A stretch of 64,000 bases of DNA, from the NCBI GenBank assembly GCA_024697545.1, contig JAILFN010000034.1, forward strand, positions 14,831 through 78,830, written 5' to 3'. Under the pieces are notes generated by a model. That model searched no databases and was not told the origin of the DNA. It saw nothing but the letters and a program-made list of their open reading frames with translations. A program made the position numbers and the translations under genes. This DNA comes from Ruminococcus sp. Lineage in GTDB: Bacteria; Bacillota; Clostridia; Oscillospirales; Ruminococcaceae. This document shows, one piece after another, positions 17,772 to 29,376 of this stretch; the stretch's first letter is position 1, and each line of letters begins with the position of its first letter.

Positions 17772-18088
17772 TAAAAACCCTCCTGTTTTCAAAAACTCTT
17801 GCTAGTGCCCTGCCGCCACATTGTAAGGAACAAAGTCCCATACTTTACCGAGCGGTCAAAGCCCCTGGTTTTTTCTCTTGTTTACGATCGTCTGAAACAA
17901 ACAGTGCTCCCTTTCTTTGCAAAAGGGTAAGGCAAAACCGCACAAAGACCTTTTGCGGGGGAGCACCCCGCGGGGTCTGTGGGCAGACGCAGTCTCACGC
18001 GCCTTATACCGCTGCATAAACTCGCACACTGGAATACCACCTGTGCGCGGTCTTTTTGCGGCATTGCCTTATAGATATCTGCACTGGA

Positions 18089-18685
18089 TTATCTCGAATA
18101 GAGCTCGACGATGAGGTGTTCTTCTACCTCGTAGTCAAGATCTTCCTTAACAGGAGCGCGAAGTACCTTTGCAGTAGAAGCTTCGCGGTTTACATCGAGC
18201 CATGCGGGAACGAGTCTGTCCGCAGTACCCTCAATGATCTGCTTGAATTTTTCGCTCTTCTTGCTGTTCTCGGAAAGAGAGATCACGTCGCCTGCCTTAA
18301 CGGTGTAAGAGGGGATGTCAACTCTCTTGCCGTTTACCAGGAAGTGGCCGTGTGTTACCAGCTGACGAGCCTCACGTCTGGTAAGAGCGAGTCCCATTCT
18401 GAATGCTACGTTATCAAGTCTTTCCTCAAGCAGAGTGATCAGGTTTTCACCGGCCTGACCTTCCATATGCTGAGCCTTCTCATAGATATGTCTGAACTGC
18501 TTTTCGAGAACGCCGTAGATAAATCTCAGCTTCTGCTTCTCCTTGAGCTGCATACCGTATTCAGAAACTTTCTTTCTCTTTCCGGCGCCGGGATCTCTCT
18601 TGGTCTCCTTGCCAACGCCCATTACCATAGGGCTGATGCCAAGTTCTCTGCAGGTCTTCAGTATAGGTTTCTTATTTACTGCCAT
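18089..18685 (-). CDS. rpsD: 30S ribosomal protein S4
   Basis: [35 protein letters not shown]. Confidence 0.97.
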   Translation of the reverse strand: MAVNKKPILKTCRELGISPMVMGVGKETKRDPGAGKRKKVSEYGMQLKEKQKLRFIYGVLEKQFRHIYEKAQHMEGQAGENLITLLEERLDNVAFRMGLALTRREARQLVTHGHFLVNGKRVDIPSYTVKAGDVISLSENSKKSEKFKQIIEGTADRLVPAWLDVNREASTAKVLRAPVKEDLDYEVEEHLIVELYSR

Positions 18686-18787
18686 TTTGGATTACCTCCG
18701 TTTTTTGATGTTGTATCGGACCTCTGCACGTTTTTTCTAAGCGTGACCGCCCGACTTTGAGTAAACTGCACTCAAATTGACTAATGA

Positions 18788-19177
18788 TCAAACTCTACGT
18801 CTCTTAGGCGGACGGCAGCCGTTGTGAGGGATAGGGGTAACGTCCTTTATCATGCGTACCTCAAGCTCCTCAGACTGAAGTGCTCTGATAGCAGCTTCAC
18901 GACCTGCGCCGGGGCCCTTAACGTAAACTTCAACGATCTTCAGGCCGTGCTCCTTAGCAGCCCTTGCTGCGGTCTCAGCAGCAGTCTGAGCAGCGAAAGG
19001 AGTGCTCTTCTTGGAGCCGCGGAAGCCGAGTCCGCCTGCGGAAGCCCAAGAAATTGCGTTGCCCTGCATATCGGTGATAGTAACGATAGTGTTGTTGAAG
19101 GTGGACTGGATGTGAACCTGTCCCTGTTCGATATTCTTTCTTTCGCGTCTGCGGCGAATTACTTTCTTCTGAGCCAT
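18788..19177 (-). CDS. rpsK: 30S ribosomal protein S11
   Basis: [27 protein letters not shown]. Confidence 0.97.
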   Translation of the reverse strand: MAQKKVIRRRRERKNIEQGQVHIQSTFNNTIVTITDMQGNAISWASAGGLGFRGSKKSTPFAAQTAAETAARAAKEHGLKIVEVYVKGPGAGREAAIRALQSEELEVRMIKDVTPIPHNGCRPPKRRRV

Positions 19178-19194
19178 GTTCTTTTAGTCCCTCC

Positions 19195-19563
19195 TTACTT
19201 CTTCTTATTAGCGATGGTCTTTACAGGACCCTTGCGGGTTCTTGCGTTGGTCTTGGTTCTCTGACCTCTAACGGGCAGGCCTCTTCTGTGGCGAAGACCT
19301 CTGTAGCAACCGATCTCTACGAGTCTCTTGATGTTAAGAGCAACTTCTCTTCTGAGGTCACCCTCAACGGTAAGGTTGTGGTCAATATAATCACGTAACT
19401 TTGCAACATCAGCTTCGGAAAGATCCTTTACTCTGATATCGGGATCAACGCCTGTCTCTGCGAGGATCTTACTAGCTGTGTTCTGACCGATGCCATAGAT
19501 ATAGGTAAGTCCGATCTCGATTCTCTTATCCTTAGGCAGGTCTATACCGGCAATACGAGCCAT
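19195..19563 (-). CDS. rpsM: 30S ribosomal protein S13
   Basis: [28 protein letters not shown]. Confidence 0.97.
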   Translation of the reverse strand: MARIAGIDLPKDKRIEIGLTYIYGIGQNTASKILAETGVDPDIRVKDLSEADVAKLRDYIDHNLTVEGDLRREVALNIKRLVEIGCYRGLRHRRGLPVRGQRTKTNARTRKGPVKTIANKKK

Positions 19564-19589
19564 TTAATTGCACCTCCAAAATTGGTTTG

Positions 19590-19703
19590 TTAACCCTGAC
19601 GCTGCTTGTGCTTGGGATTCTGGCAGATAACCATGATCTTGCCCTTTCTCTTGATCACCTTGCACTTTTCGCACATGGGCTTAACTGAAGGTCTTACTTT
19701 CAT
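19590..19703 (-). CDS. rpmJ: 50S ribosomal protein L36 (Zn-binding form)
   Basis: Below ORF-track cutoff; manual translation [37 protein letters not shown]. Confidence 0.95.
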   Translation of the reverse strand: MKVRPSVKPMCEKCKVIKRKGKIMVICQNPKHKQRQG

Positions 19704-19765
19704 TGAAATACCTCCTTAACGTTCCGCACGCAGATGTCTTGCGTGCTCTGCTTTCAGGCGGGAGC

Positions 19766-19984
19766 TTACTTAGCTCTCCAGGTTATTCTTCCCTTTGTAA
19801 GGTCATACGGACTCATTTCCACCGTCACCTTATCTCCGGGCACTATACGAATGTAGTTCATGCGGAGCTTTCCGGAAATGTTAGCGAGTATAACGTGCTT
19901 GTTTGCCAATTCTACCTTGAAAGTAGCGTTAGGCAGCGCCTCGGTAACTACGCCCTCCAGCTCGATCACATCTTCCTTAGACAT
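19766..19984 (-). CDS. infA: translation initiation factor IF-1
   Basis: [11 protein letters not shown]...[12 protein letters not shown]...[10 protein letters not shown]. Confidence 0.97.
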   Translation of the reverse strand: MSKEDVIELEGVVTEALPNATFKVELANKHVILANISGKLRMNYIRIVPGDKVTVEMSPYDLTKGRITWRAK

Positions 19985-20182
19985 AGCTTTGCATTCCTTT
20001 CGGATCGGTTTTGAGCCGATTCAACGCTTTGGGTTTTAAACTTAGAATACAATTTATCGGCAATTTCCTTATTGCACGGGCATTCAAAGCAGCTGAAATG
20101 CGTGTGCGAGGTGCAACGTTGCCCGCACATGGTACCGCCTCAAAGCCGTGCCTTTCGGAAAACTGTCTTTTTGGTTTTGATA

Positions 20183-20935
20183 TCAGCTGTTCGGGTCTGA
20201 AAGTATCATGCACCCCGTAGCGGTAACAGCAATAGTATGCTCAAAATGTGCTGCCAGACTGTGATCTTTTGTGACCGTTGTCCAGCCGTCATCGAGCACC
20301 TTTACTGCGTGATCGCCCGCGGTTATCATCGGTTCGATCGCGATGACCATTCCTTCGCGGAGTCTTAATCCGTGTCCGGGCTTGCCGAAGTTCGGGACCT
20401 CGGGATCCTCATGCAGATCGTGACCAACACCATGACCGACAAACTCTCTCACCACCCCGAAGCCGTTGTCTTCGTTGTGCTTCTGGATAGCAGCGCCGAT
20501 ATCTCCGAGCCTTACGCCCGGCTTTACCATGCTTATCGCAAGGTAAAGGCTGTCTTCAGTGGACTTCATCAATGCCTTTGCCTCATCGGATATCTCACCG
20601 ACAGCGAAGGTCTTAGCGGAATCCCCGTAAACGCCGTCGATGTAAGCGCCCGTATCAACAGACACGATGTCGCCTTCTTTCAGCACATATCCACCGGGAA
20701 TACCGTGTATCACAACGTCGTTGACGGAAATGCAAGCCGCACCGGGGAAACCGCCGTAGCCCAGAAATCCCGCCTTTGCTCCGTGTGACTTAAAGTATTT
20801 CAGGATAAGGTTATCAAGCTCCTTGGTAGTCATACCGGGTCTTATCGCCTTACCTGCCGCAACCAGTGCTCCGCCGGTTATCTGACCGGCTTTACGCAGC
20901 TTTGCGATCTCACTTTGAGATTTGATGTTTACCAT
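20183..20935 (-). CDS. map: methionine aminopeptidase type I
   Basis: CISVNDVVIHGIP, GHGVG..LHEDP, AIEPM, AAHFEHT. Confidence 0.95.
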   Translation of the reverse strand: MVNIKSQSEIAKLRKAGQITGGALVAAGKAIRPGMTTKELDNLILKYFKSHGAKAGFLGYGGFPGAACISVNDVVIHGIPGGYVLKEGDIVSVDTGAYIDGVYGDSAKTFAVGEISDEAKALMKSTEDSLYLAISMVKPGVRLGDIGAAIQKHNEDNGFGVVREFVGHGVGHDLHEDPEVPNFGKPGHGLRLREGMVIAIEPMITAGDHAVKVLDDGWTTVTKDHSLAAHFEHTIAVTATGCMILSDPNS

Positions 20936-20978
20936 TTGATAGACTTCTTTCTATTGTACGTCAGTACATTCAAACAAA

Positions 20979-21644
<666 letters not shown>

Positions 21645-22946
21645 TTATTCAAGGAAGCCCTTGTGATGACGCATCATCATCTGGGATTCCATAGTTCTTG
21701 CAGTTTCGAGCGCTACGGAAACTACGATGAGGATCGAGGTACCGCCCATAGCAACAGGAAGACCCGTGCTTACGCCGAAGATGATCGGGAACAGAGCGAT
21801 AAGTCCGAGGAAGAACGCACCAACGAGGGTGATCTTCGAGAGAACTCTTCTCATGTAATCCACGGTAGGCTTACCGGGACGGATACCCGGGATAGAGCCG
21901 TTGGACTGTCTGAGGTTGTTCGCGATCTCCAGCGGATTGTACTGCATGGAAATATAGAAGTAGTTAAATGCGATAATGAGTATAAAGTAAAGTATACCGT
22001 ATACGGGATGAGTATAGCTGAACCACTTGAGCAGCTTCTCATAGAATCCGCCCGGCTTGGGAGTGATGAACAGCTCAAGCGTTGAAGGCAGAGACATAAA
22101 TGCCATCGCGAAGATGATAGGCAGAACGCCCGCCATCGAAACCTTGATGGGCAGGAAAGTGTTCTGACCGCCGTACTGCTTTCTTCCGACTACTCTCTTA
22201 GCGTATGCTATCGGTATACGTCTTTCGGCGTTGTTCATGAACACGATAAGAGCGATCATGAGAACATAGATGACATACAGCAGAGGAACGAGTATCTTAT
22301 ACTTGGTGTCATCGGTCTTCATGTAACCGATATCTCTGATGATGTCTGTAGGGATACGCGCGATAATACCTGCAAACAGGAGCATAGAGATACCGTTTCC
22401 GATACCCTTTTCACTTACCTGATTGCCGAGCCAGATGGTGAGGAAGGAGCCTGCGGTGAAGCAAGCGATGATAACGACCTCAGAGAAGATCTTCTCAAAG
22501 CCCGAGCCTGTGTATACAAGGGCGTGAGCTGTATTTTTAAGGGTCAGGTAATATGCCCAGGCCTGGAATACCGAGATACCCAGTGCGGTATACCTTGTGA
22601 CCTTATCGATCTTCTTTCTGCCTTCCATGCCTTCCTTCGCGAGTTTTTCAAGCGGCGGAAGTGCGTAAGTCAGCAGCTGGATAATGATCTGCGCGTTGAT
22701 GTAAGGCGAAACCGAGAGTGCGAGCAGAGTACCCTTTGAGAAGTTATCACCCGAAAGCACGTTCAGGTAGCTGAACACGTTTCCGGAAGCACTCTGATCT
22801 GCAAACCAGCTTTTAAGTGTCTCTGTATCCAGGTAAGGAACAGGTATTGCACCGCCTATACGATATACGATTATGATGAGTAACGTGTACAGCAGCTTCT
22901 TGCGAAGCTCGGGCACCGCCCATGCATTTCTCATGGTCTGTAACAC
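21645..22946 (-). CDS. secY: preprotein translocase subunit SecY
   Basis: SPYINAQII, GIGNGISM, IPGIRPG, GGTSILIVV. Confidence 0.97.
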   Translation of the reverse strand: MLQTMRNAWAVPELRKKLLYTLLIIIVYRIGGAIPVPYLDTETLKSWFADQSASGNVFSYLNVLSGDNFSKGTLLALSVSPYINAQIIIQLLTYALPPLEKLAKEGMEGRKKIDKVTRYTALGISVFQAWAYYLTLKNTAHALVYTGSGFEKIFSEVVIIACFTAGSFLTIWLGNQVSEKGIGNGISMLLFAGIIARIPTDIIRDIGYMKTDDTKYKILVPLLYVIYVLMIALIVFMNNAERRIPIAYAKRVVGRKQYGGQNTFLPIKVSMAGVLPIIFAMAFMSLPSTLELFITPKPGGFYEKLLKWFSYTHPVYGILYFILIIAFNYFYISMQYNPLEIANNLRQSNGSIPGIRPGKPTVDYMRRVLSKITLVGAFFLGLIALFPIIFGVSTGLPVAMGGTSILIVVSVALETARTMESQMMMRHHKGFLE

Positions 22947-22948
22947 AA

Positions 22949-23389
22949 TTACATCACCTCAGCCTTCCCGCCTGCCTTTTCAATTTTTTCCTTAGCAGCA
23001 GCTGTAAACTTAGCAGCCTTAACGGTAAGGTTCTTTGTAAGCTCTCCGTTTCCGAGGATCTTAACGCCGTCAAGCTCCTTTTTAACGAGTCCCGAAGCCT
23101 TCAGAAGTTCAAGGTCAACGGTAGTACCGTCAACAAACTTCTCAAGATCGGATACGTTAACGGTAGCGTACTCGGTTCTGAAAATATTATTGAAGCCCCT
23201 CTTAGGGATTCTTCTTGCGAGTGCGGTCTGACCGCCCTCAAATCCGGGTCTTACTCCGCCGCCGGAGCGAGCCTTCTGACCCTTATGACCCTTACCGGCA
23301 GTCTTGCCCTGACCGGAGCCATGGCCTCTGCCTATCCTCTTGACGTCCTTAACGGAGCCGGGGTTGGGGGATAATTCGTGCAGCTTCAT
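22949..23389 (-). CDS. rplO: 50S ribosomal protein L15
   Basis: [27 protein letters not shown]. Confidence 0.97.
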   Translation of the reverse strand: MKLHELSPNPGSVKDVKRIGRGHGSGQGKTAGKGHKGQKARSGGGVRPGFEGGQTALARRIPKRGFNNIFRTEYATVNVSDLEKFVDGTTVDLELLKASGLVKKELDGVKILGNGELTKNLTVKAAKFTAAAKEKIEKAGGKAEVM

Positions 23390-23409
23390 ACTAAATGCAC
23401 CTCCTTGTC

Positions 23410-23589
23410 TTACGCTTCAGTAACTTCTACAAGGTGAGAAATTACCTTTATCTTGCCCTGCGTCTGTGCATTGTCGGGCTGAACGGTCTCAGCGCCGATC
23501 TTACGAAGACCAAGGGAATGTGCAGTAGCGATCTGCTTTTTAGACTTAGAATTCAGGCTTCTTACAAGCTTGATCTTAAGATTAGCCAT
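23410..23589 (-). CDS. rpmD: 50S ribosomal protein L30
   Basis: Below ORF-track cutoff; manual translation [32 protein letters not shown]...[14 protein letters not shown]; lies between rpsE and rplO. Confidence 0.93.
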   Translation of the reverse strand: MANLKIKLVRSLNSKSKKQIATAHSLGLRKIGAETVQPDNAQTQGKIKVISHLVEVTEA

Positions 23590-23606
23590 TGCCTTGTCCT
23601 CCTATC

Positions 23607-24107
23607 TTAACCTAAAATTTCCTTTACGGTCTTACCGCGCTTTGCGGCGACCTCTTCAGCGCTCTTGACCGAAGCCAGACCGTTGAATGTAGCTCTTACT
23701 ACATTGGAAGGGTTGTTGGAACGCAGAGATCTTGTTCTGATATCCTTGATTCCAGCTACCTCTACAACGGCTCTTACAGGGCCGCCTGCGATAACGCCGG
23801 TACCGGGTGCGGCGGGCATGAGCAGAACCTCACCTGCGCCGAACTTACCGATGATCTCATGAGGGATGGTGGTACCTCTGAGGGATATCTTTACCAGATT
23901 CTTCTTAGCATCCTCAATCCCCTTACGGATAGCGTCGGGAACTTCTCCCGACTTTCCGAGACCGAAGCCGATGGTGCCGTTTCCGTCGCCGACAACTACG
24001 AGTGCCGAGAACTTCATGATACGGCCGCCCTTAACGGTCTTGGATACTCTGTTTATAGCAACTACCTTTTCGGTAAGCTCTAAACTGTTAGCATCTATTA
24101 AAGCCAA
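23607..24107 (-). CDS. rpsE: 30S ribosomal protein S5
   Basis: [29 protein letters not shown]. Confidence 0.97.
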   Translation of the reverse strand: MALIDANSLELTEKVVAINRVSKTVKGGRIMKFSALVVVGDGNGTIGFGLGKSGEVPDAIRKGIEDAKKNLVKISLRGTTIPHEIIGKFGAGEVLLMPAAPGTGVIAGGPVRAVVEVAGIKDIRTRSLRSNNPSNVVRATFNGLASVKSAEEVAAKRGKTVKEILG

Positions 24108-24122
24108 GCGTAAAACCTCCTT

Positions 24123-24482
24123 TTAGAACTTGAGTCCGCCTTCGCGAGCTCCTTCTGCTAATTCCTGAACGCGTCCGTGGTACACATAGCCGCCTCTGTC
24201 GAATACGACCTCTGTGATACCCTTTGCTGCTGCCGCCTTAGCGATAGCCTCGCCGACCTTGCGTGCGCCTTCCTTGTTGCCGCCGTTGCCCTCGAATCCC
24301 TTATCCATCGAGGAAGCTGCACAAAGAGTTACGCCCTTGATATCGTCGATGATCTGAGCGTATATATGCTTAGAGGAGCGGAATACATTCAGGCGAGGGC
24401 ACTCAGCAGTACCGCTGATCTTGTTGCGGACTCTGTAGTGTCTTTTTGCTCTTGCCTTTGCCCTGTCTATCTTCTTAACCAT
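24123..24482 (-). CDS. rplR: 50S ribosomal protein L18
   Basis: [22 protein letters not shown]. Confidence 0.97.
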   Translation of the reverse strand: MVKKIDRAKARAKRHYRVRNKISGTAECPRLNVFRSSKHIYAQIIDDIKGVTLCAASSMDKGFEGNGGNKEGARKVGEAIAKAAAAKGITEVVFDRGGYVYHGRVQELAEGAREGGLKF

Positions 24483-24504
24483 AGCTTATTCTCTCCTTTA
24501 CGGG

Positions 24505-25056
24505 TTACTTCTTCGCACCCTTACCGGCCTTGCCTTCCTTATGGATGACATACTCGCCGGTATAGCGGATACCCTTGCCCTTATAAGGCTCGGGAGGACG
24601 CTTCTCACGGATCTCAGAGGCAAACTGACCTACCTCCTGCTTGTCGATACCGGATACAACGATCTGGTTAGGCTGAGGAACATCAAGCTTAATGGAGTCA
24701 GTCTCAGAAACCACTACGGGGTGGCTGAAACCGAGGTTAAGATGAACGTCCTTGCCCTTCTTCTGGGCTCTGTAACCTACACCGACGATCTCAAGCTGCT
24801 TGGAGTAGCCTTCGGTAACGCCGATGACCTGATTGTTGATGAGCGTTCTTGTAAGTCCGTGAAGGGACTTGTGCTGTTTATTATCGGAGGGGCGTTCAAC
24901 TGTGATCTCGCCGCCCTCGAACTTGATTATCATGTCCTTGTTGTAGGACTTAGTAAGAGTGCCCTTAGGTCCCTTAACAGTAACAACGTTTCCGTCTGCG
25001 ATGGTCACGTCTACACCGGCAGGAACAGCAATGGGCTTGATACCAATTCTTGACAT
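24505..25056 (-). CDS. rplF: 50S ribosomal protein L6
   Basis: MSRIG, GVGYRA, RPPEPYKGKGI. Confidence 0.97.
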   Translation of the reverse strand: MSRIGIKPIAVPAGVDVTIADGNVVTVKGPKGTLTKSYNKDMIIKFEGGEITVERPSDNKQHKSLHGLTRTLINNQVIGVTEGYSKQLEIVGVGYRAQKKGKDVHLNLGFSHPVVVSETDSIKLDVPQPNQIVVSGIDKQEVGQFASEIREKRPPEPYKGKGIRYTGEYVIHKEGKAGKGAKK

Positions 25057-25071
25057 AGCCTTTATTCCTCC

Positions 25072-25470
25072 TTACCAAACGTAAGCGAGAACCTCGCCGC
25101 CGACGTTAAGCTCTCTAGCCTTCTTATCTGTGATTACACCCTTAGAGGTAGAGATGATGGCAACGCCAAGTCCTCTCATTACCTTGGGAAGATCCTCACA
25201 GCCGGCATAGATCCTAAGACCGGGCTTGGAAACTCTCTTGAGTCCCGAAATAACGGGGTTTCTGTTCTCATCGTACTTAAGGGTTACTCTGATTATTCCC
25301 TGCTTTCCGTCATCAATTACCTTAAAGTCCTTGATGTATCCCTCATCGAGAAGGATCTGGGTGATAGACTTCTTCATATTGGAAGCGGGGATGTCAACTG
25401 TTGCGTGCTTTGCGGTAGAAGCGTTACGGATTCTCGTAAGCAGGTCCGCAATTGTATCAGTGATCTGCAT
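25072..25470 (-). CDS. rpsH: 30S ribosomal protein S8
   Basis: [31 protein letters not shown]. Confidence 0.97.
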   Translation of the reverse strand: MQITDTIADLLTRIRNASTAKHATVDIPASNMKKSITQILLDEGYIKDFKVIDDGKQGIIRVTLKYDENRNPVISGLKRVSKPGLRIYAGCEDLPKVMRGLGVAIISTSKGVITDKKARELNVGGEVLAYVW

Positions 25471-25488
25471 TCTGTATTAACCTCCCTT

Positions 25489-25674
25489 TTACCAGCTTGC
25501 CTTCTTGACTCCGGGGATCTTGCCCTGGTGTGCGAGCTCTCTGAAGCAGATACGGCAGATGCCGTACTTTCTCAGATATGCGTGCGGTCTGCCGCATATC
25601 TTGCATCTGTTGTAAGCGCGGGTGGAGTACTTAGGTGCAGCCTGCTGCTTATTTATCATAGCCTTCTTTGCCAT
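25489..25674 (-). CDS. rpsZ: 30S ribosomal protein S14, type Z
   Basis: RCKICGRPH...CRICFRE, 61 aa. Confidence 0.96.
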   Translation of the reverse strand: MAKKAMINKQQAAPKYSTRAYNRCKICGRPHAYLRKYGICRICFRELAHQGKIPGVKKASW

Positions 25675-25693
25675 AGTAACTTTACCCTCCTTC

Positions 25694-26233
25694 TTACTTC
25701 ACGAACGGAGCGCCGAGAAGCGAAAGCAGCTCCTTAGCCTCTTCGTCGGTCTTTGCGGTTGTGATGAAGTTGATATCCATACCGCGTACCTTGTCGATCT
25801 TATCGTACTCGATCTCGGGGAAGATCAGCTGTTCCTTGATACCGGTAGAGTAGTTGCCTCTGCCGTCGAAGGAATCACCGTTGATGCCTCTGAAGTCACG
25901 AACACGGGGGAATGCTACGTTGAACAGTCTGTCAACGAATTCATACATTCTGTCTGCTCTGAGTGTGACCTTTACGCCGATGATCTGTCCGTCTCTCAGC
26001 TTGAAGTTCGCAACGCTCTTCTTAGCCTTGCAGACAACCGGCTTCTGACCGGTGATCGCTGCGAGGTCTGTCATGATAGCGTCGATGACCTTCTTGTTGT
26101 CCTTATCAGCACCGCAGCCGACATTGATAACTACCTTGTCGAGCTTCGGGATCTGCATAACGTTCTCATACTTGAATTTCTTCATAAGTGCAGGAGCAAC
26201 GTCGGACACATAGTATTCTTTTAATCTTGCCAT
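25694..26233 (-). CDS. rplE: 50S ribosomal protein L5
   Basis: [26 protein letters not shown]. Confidence 0.97.
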   Translation of the reverse strand: MARLKEYYVSDVAPALMKKFKYENVMQIPKLDKVVINVGCGADKDNKKVIDAIMTDLAAITGQKPVVCKAKKSVANFKLRDGQIIGVKVTLRADRMYEFVDRLFNVAFPRVRDFRGINGDSFDGRGNYSTGIKEQLIFPEIEYDKIDKVRGMDINFITTAKTDEEAKELLSLLGAPFVK

Positions 26234-26252
26234 CTTTAGTTCTCCTCCTTAC

Positions 26253-26576
26253 TTAAAATTCCTCTCCGCAGCCTTCGTTCTTGCAAACTCTGACCTTGGA
26301 GCCATTTTCGAGGATCTTGTGTGCGATCCTGGTGGGCTTTCCGCACTTAGGGCAAACGACCTGTACCTTAGACGCATAAAGTGCGCCCTCAGCCTCGATT
26401 ATGCCGCCCTGCTGACCCATCTGTCTGGGCTTAACGTGCTTCTTGACCTTGTTGATATCCTCAACGATCACCTTGCCCTCCTTGGGGGATACAGCAACGA
26501 CCTTGCCCTGCTGTCCCTTGTTCTTTCCGGAGAGAACTACTACGGTGTCGCCGGTTCTAACGTGTACCTTACTCAT
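26253..26576 (-). CDS. rplX: 50S ribosomal protein L24
   Basis: KOW motif [19 protein letters not shown]. Confidence 0.96.
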   Translation of the reverse strand: MSKVHVRTGDTVVVLSGKNKGQQGKVVAVSPKEGKVIVEDINKVKKHVKPRQMGQQGGIIEAEGALYASKVQVVCPKCGKPTRIAHKILENGSKVRVCKNEGCGEEF

Positions 26577-26594
26577 TTAACGACGCCCTCCTGA

Positions 26595-26963
26595 TCAAAG
26601 TACTTCGGGAGCCAAAGAAAGTATCTTCATATAGTCCTTCTCACGAAGCTCCTTTGCCACAGGTCCAAAAATACGGGTACCTCTGGGGTTCTTGTCTTCC
26701 TTTATAATTACGGCTGCATTCTCATCAAAACGGATATAAGTTCCGTCTGCTCTTCTGAGACCGCTTGCCGAACGAACGATTACTGCCTTAACAACATCGC
26801 CTTTTTTAACAACTCCGCCCGGTGTTGCCTTCTTAACAGAAGCAACAACAACGTCGCCGATGTTCGCATATCTTCTGCGAGTGCCGCCTAATACTCTGAT
26901 GCACATAAGCTCCTTTGCGCCGGAGTTATCTGCAACCTTGAGATAAGTCTGCATCTGTATCAC
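26595..26963 (-). CDS. rplN: 50S ribosomal protein L14
   Basis: [30 protein letters not shown]. Confidence 0.97.
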   Translation of the reverse strand: MIQMQTYLKVADNSGAKELMCIRVLGGTRRRYANIGDVVVASVKKATPGGVVKKGDVVKAVIVRSASGLRRADGTYIRFDENAAVIIKEDKNPRGTRIFGPVAKELREKDYMKILSLAPEVL

Positions 26964-27004
26964 AGTGCGTTCCTCCTTTCAAAAAATCCGTTAAATTTCA
27001 AAAA

Positions 27005-27262
27005 TTACTTAGCCTGCTCGATAACTCTGACAAGTCTCCATCTCTTATCCTTGGAAAGGGGTCTTGTCTCCATTACCTCGACCTTATCGCCCTTGTGGCA
27101 CTCGTTATTCTCATCGTGTGCCTTGAGCTTTACGGTCCTCTTGATGATCTTCTTATAGAGAGGGTGTGCAACGTTATCCTCGATAGCAACCACGATAGTC
27201 TTGTCCATCTTATCGGAAACGACCATACCTACTCTGGTTTTTCTAAGATTTCTTTCGCTCAT
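27005..27262 (-). CDS. rpsQ: 30S ribosomal protein S17
   Basis: [23 protein letters not shown]. Confidence 0.97.
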   Translation of the reverse strand: MSERNLRKTRVGMVVSDKMDKTIVVAIEDNVAHPLYKKIIKRTVKLKAHDENNECHKGDKVEVMETRPLSKDKRWRLVRVIEQAK

Positions 27263-27276
27263 TGCTGCTCCTCCCT

Positions 27277-27468
27277 TCAGGCATTCTCATTGCTGCGAAG
27301 AACAGTCTTTACGCGAGCGATGTCTCTCTTTACTGCCTTCATACGCATGGGATTCTCGAGCTGGTTAACAGCATGCTGGAAGCGAAGGTTGAAAAGTTCC
27401 TGCTTCAGCTCTGCGAGCTTCTGCTCCAGCTCTGCTACGGACAGATCCTTAAATTCACTTGCCTTCAT
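27277..27468 (-). CDS. rpmC: 50S ribosomal protein L29
   Basis: [17 protein letters not shown]. Confidence 0.96.
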   Translation of the reverse strand: MKASEFKDLSVAELEQKLAELKQELFNLRFQHAVNQLENPMRMKAVKRDIARVKTVLRSNENA

Positions 27469-27887
27469 TACTGTTCACCGTCCTCTCTCTTAACGAACTT
27501 GCACTTGATAGGAAGCTTGTGCATCGCAAGTCTCATAGCCTCACGAGCAGTCTCTTCACTAACGCCTGCGATCTCAAACATTACACGACCGGGCTTTACA
27601 ACAGCTACCCAGTACTCGGGCGAGCCCTTACCGGAACCCATTCGGGTCTCTGCGGGCTTTTCTGTTACAGGCTTGTCGGGGAAGATCTTTATCCAAACCT
27701 GACCGCCTCTCTTGATGTATCTTGTCATAGCGATACGAGCAGCCTCGATCTGGTTGGAAGTGATCCATGCAGGCTGAAGTGCCTGAAGACCGAATTCACC
27801 GTTTGTAACCTTGTTTCCTCTGGTAGCCTTGCCCTTAAGTCTACCTCTCTGTACTCTTCTGTACTTTACTCTCTTAGGAAGCAGCAT
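27468..27887 (-). CDS. rplP: 50S ribosomal protein L16
   Basis: [17 protein letters not shown]. Confidence 0.97.
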   Translation of the reverse strand: MLLPKRVKYRRVQRGRLKGKATRGNKVTNGEFGLQALQPAWITSNQIEAARIAMTRYIKRGGQVWIKIFPDKPVTEKPAETRMGSGKGSPEYWVAVVKPGRVMFEIAGVSEETAREAMRLAMHKLPIKCKFVKREDGEQ

Positions 27888-28696
27888 TACTTGTTACCCC
27901 CTTCGCTCTTATTACCGCGGTTGAAGTTACCGTTTCTTCTGCCGCCGCGTCTGTTATTGTTATTGTCATCGCGTCTTCTGGGTCTTCTCTCGGGGCGTCT
28001 GTCGGTAGCAGCCTTTTCACCCTTGAGAACTTCGCCTCTGTAAACCCAAACCTTTACGCCGATCTTACCGTAAGTGGTATTTGCCTCAGCAAAGCCGTAG
28101 TCGATATCAGCTCTGATGGTCTGCAGCGGGATAGTACCCTCGTGATAAGCTTCGCTTCTTGCGATCTCAGCACCTGCAAGACGGCCGGAGCACTTTACCT
28201 TGATGCCCTTTGCGCCGAGCTTCATAGCACGACCGATGGACTGCTTCATAGCTCTTCTGAAGGAAACTCTGTCCTCAAGATCATGAGCGATCTTTTCAGC
28301 AACGAGCTGTGCATTGATGTCAGGGCTCTTTACCTCTACGATATTGATGGAGACCTTCTTGCCTGTCAGCTTCTCGATATCAGCCTTCAGCTTTTCGATC
28401 TCAGCACCGCCCTTACCGATAACAAGACCGGGCTTAGCGCAGTGTACATGGACTTTGATCTTCTGACCGCCCTCGCTGTCTGCGAAGCGCTCGATCTCCA
28501 CCTTGGGAACACCGGCGTATACGGTCTTGCTAGCAGGATTCTTTGATCTCTGGTTAAGCTTCTTCAAGATAAACTTGCGAATTTTGTAGTCCTCAACAAG
28601 GGTATCGCCAAAGTCGTTCTTTCCGGCAAACCAACGGGAATCCCAATCTTTTATAACACCGACTCTAAGTCCGTGCGGATTGACCTTCTGGCCCAT
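27887..28696 (-). CDS. rpsC: 30S ribosomal protein S3
   Basis: [41 protein letters not shown]. Confidence 0.97.
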   Translation of the reverse strand: MGQKVNPHGLRVGVIKDWDSRWFAGKNDFGDTLVEDYKIRKFILKKLNQRSKNPASKTVYAGVPKVEIERFADSEGGQKIKVHVHCAKPGLVIGKGGAEIEKLKADIEKLTGKKVSINIVEVKSPDINAQLVAEKIAHDLEDRVSFRRAMKQSIGRAMKLGAKGIKVKCSGRLAGAEIARSEAYHEGTIPLQTIRADIDYGFAEANTTYGKIGVKVWVYRGEVLKGEKAATDRRPERRPRRRDDNNNNRRGGRRNGNFNRGNKSEGGNK

Positions 28697-28708
28697 AAGA
28701 TTACCTCC

Positions 28709-29047
28709 TTAGATTTCCTTTTCCTTGAGAACTACGGTTATGTGCGATGTTCTCTTGAGTATTCTGTAAGCTCTGCCCTGTGCTCTAGGCATGATCCTCT
28801 TCATGATAGGTCCGGGGCAAACGTAGCATTCAGCAACATAGAGGTTGTTCTTATCCATGTTGTGATTGTTCTCAGCGTTTGCAGCGGCGGACTTCAGAAG
28901 CTTCTCAAGATATTCACTGGCAGCCTTGGGTGTATGCTTTACAGTTGCGAGTGCAACCTCATAATCCTTGCCCCTGATAAGATCCAGAACGATCTGTACC
29001 TTTCTGGGAGCTATTCTGGCAGTTCTTAAAATTGCCTTTGCTTCCAT
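28709..29047 (-). CDS. rplV: 50S ribosomal protein L22
   Basis: RIAPRK, SAAANA, PRAQGRA, TSHITV. Confidence 0.97.
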   Translation of the reverse strand: MEAKAILRTARIAPRKVQIVLDLIRGKDYEVALATVKHTPKAASEYLEKLLKSAAANAENNHNMDKNNLYVAECYVCPGPIMKRIMPRAQGRAYRILKRTSHITVVLKEKEI

Positions 29048-29068
29048 TGTAAGTTCCTCCTTCCGCCG

Positions 29069-29353
29069 TTACTTCTTGCCGTTATTCGAGGTCTTAGAGC
29101 CGGCGTGACCCTTAAATGTTCTTGTCGGAGCAAACTCGCCCAGCTTATGTCCTACCATATCCTCGGTAACATATACCGGAACGTGCTTTCTGCCGTCGTG
29201 AACTGCAAATGTATGACCCACGAAGTCGGGGAAAATTGTCGAAGCGCGGCTCCAGGTCTTAACTACCTTCTTCTCGCCTGCCTCGTTCATAGCTAATACT
29301 TTCTTCATAAGAGACTCTTCAACGTAAGGTCCCTTCTTTACACTTCTTCCCAT
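29069..29353 (-). CDS. rpsS: 30S ribosomal protein S19
   Basis: RSVKKGP, KTWSRAS, GHKLGEF. Confidence 0.97.
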   Translation of the reverse strand: MGRSVKKGPYVEESLMKKVLAMNEAGEKKVVKTWSRASTIFPDFVGHTFAVHDGRKHVPVYVTEDMVGHKLGEFAPTRTFKGHAGSKTSNNGKK

Positions 29354-29376
29354 GTGTCATCTGCCTCCTTTCAGCA

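Noticed and set aside
19977-20213. 78-aa ORF between map and infA as the KOW protein
   Set aside because: No GRDKG/ADG KOW motifs, overlaps map and has no RBS; region better explained by an RNA hairpin
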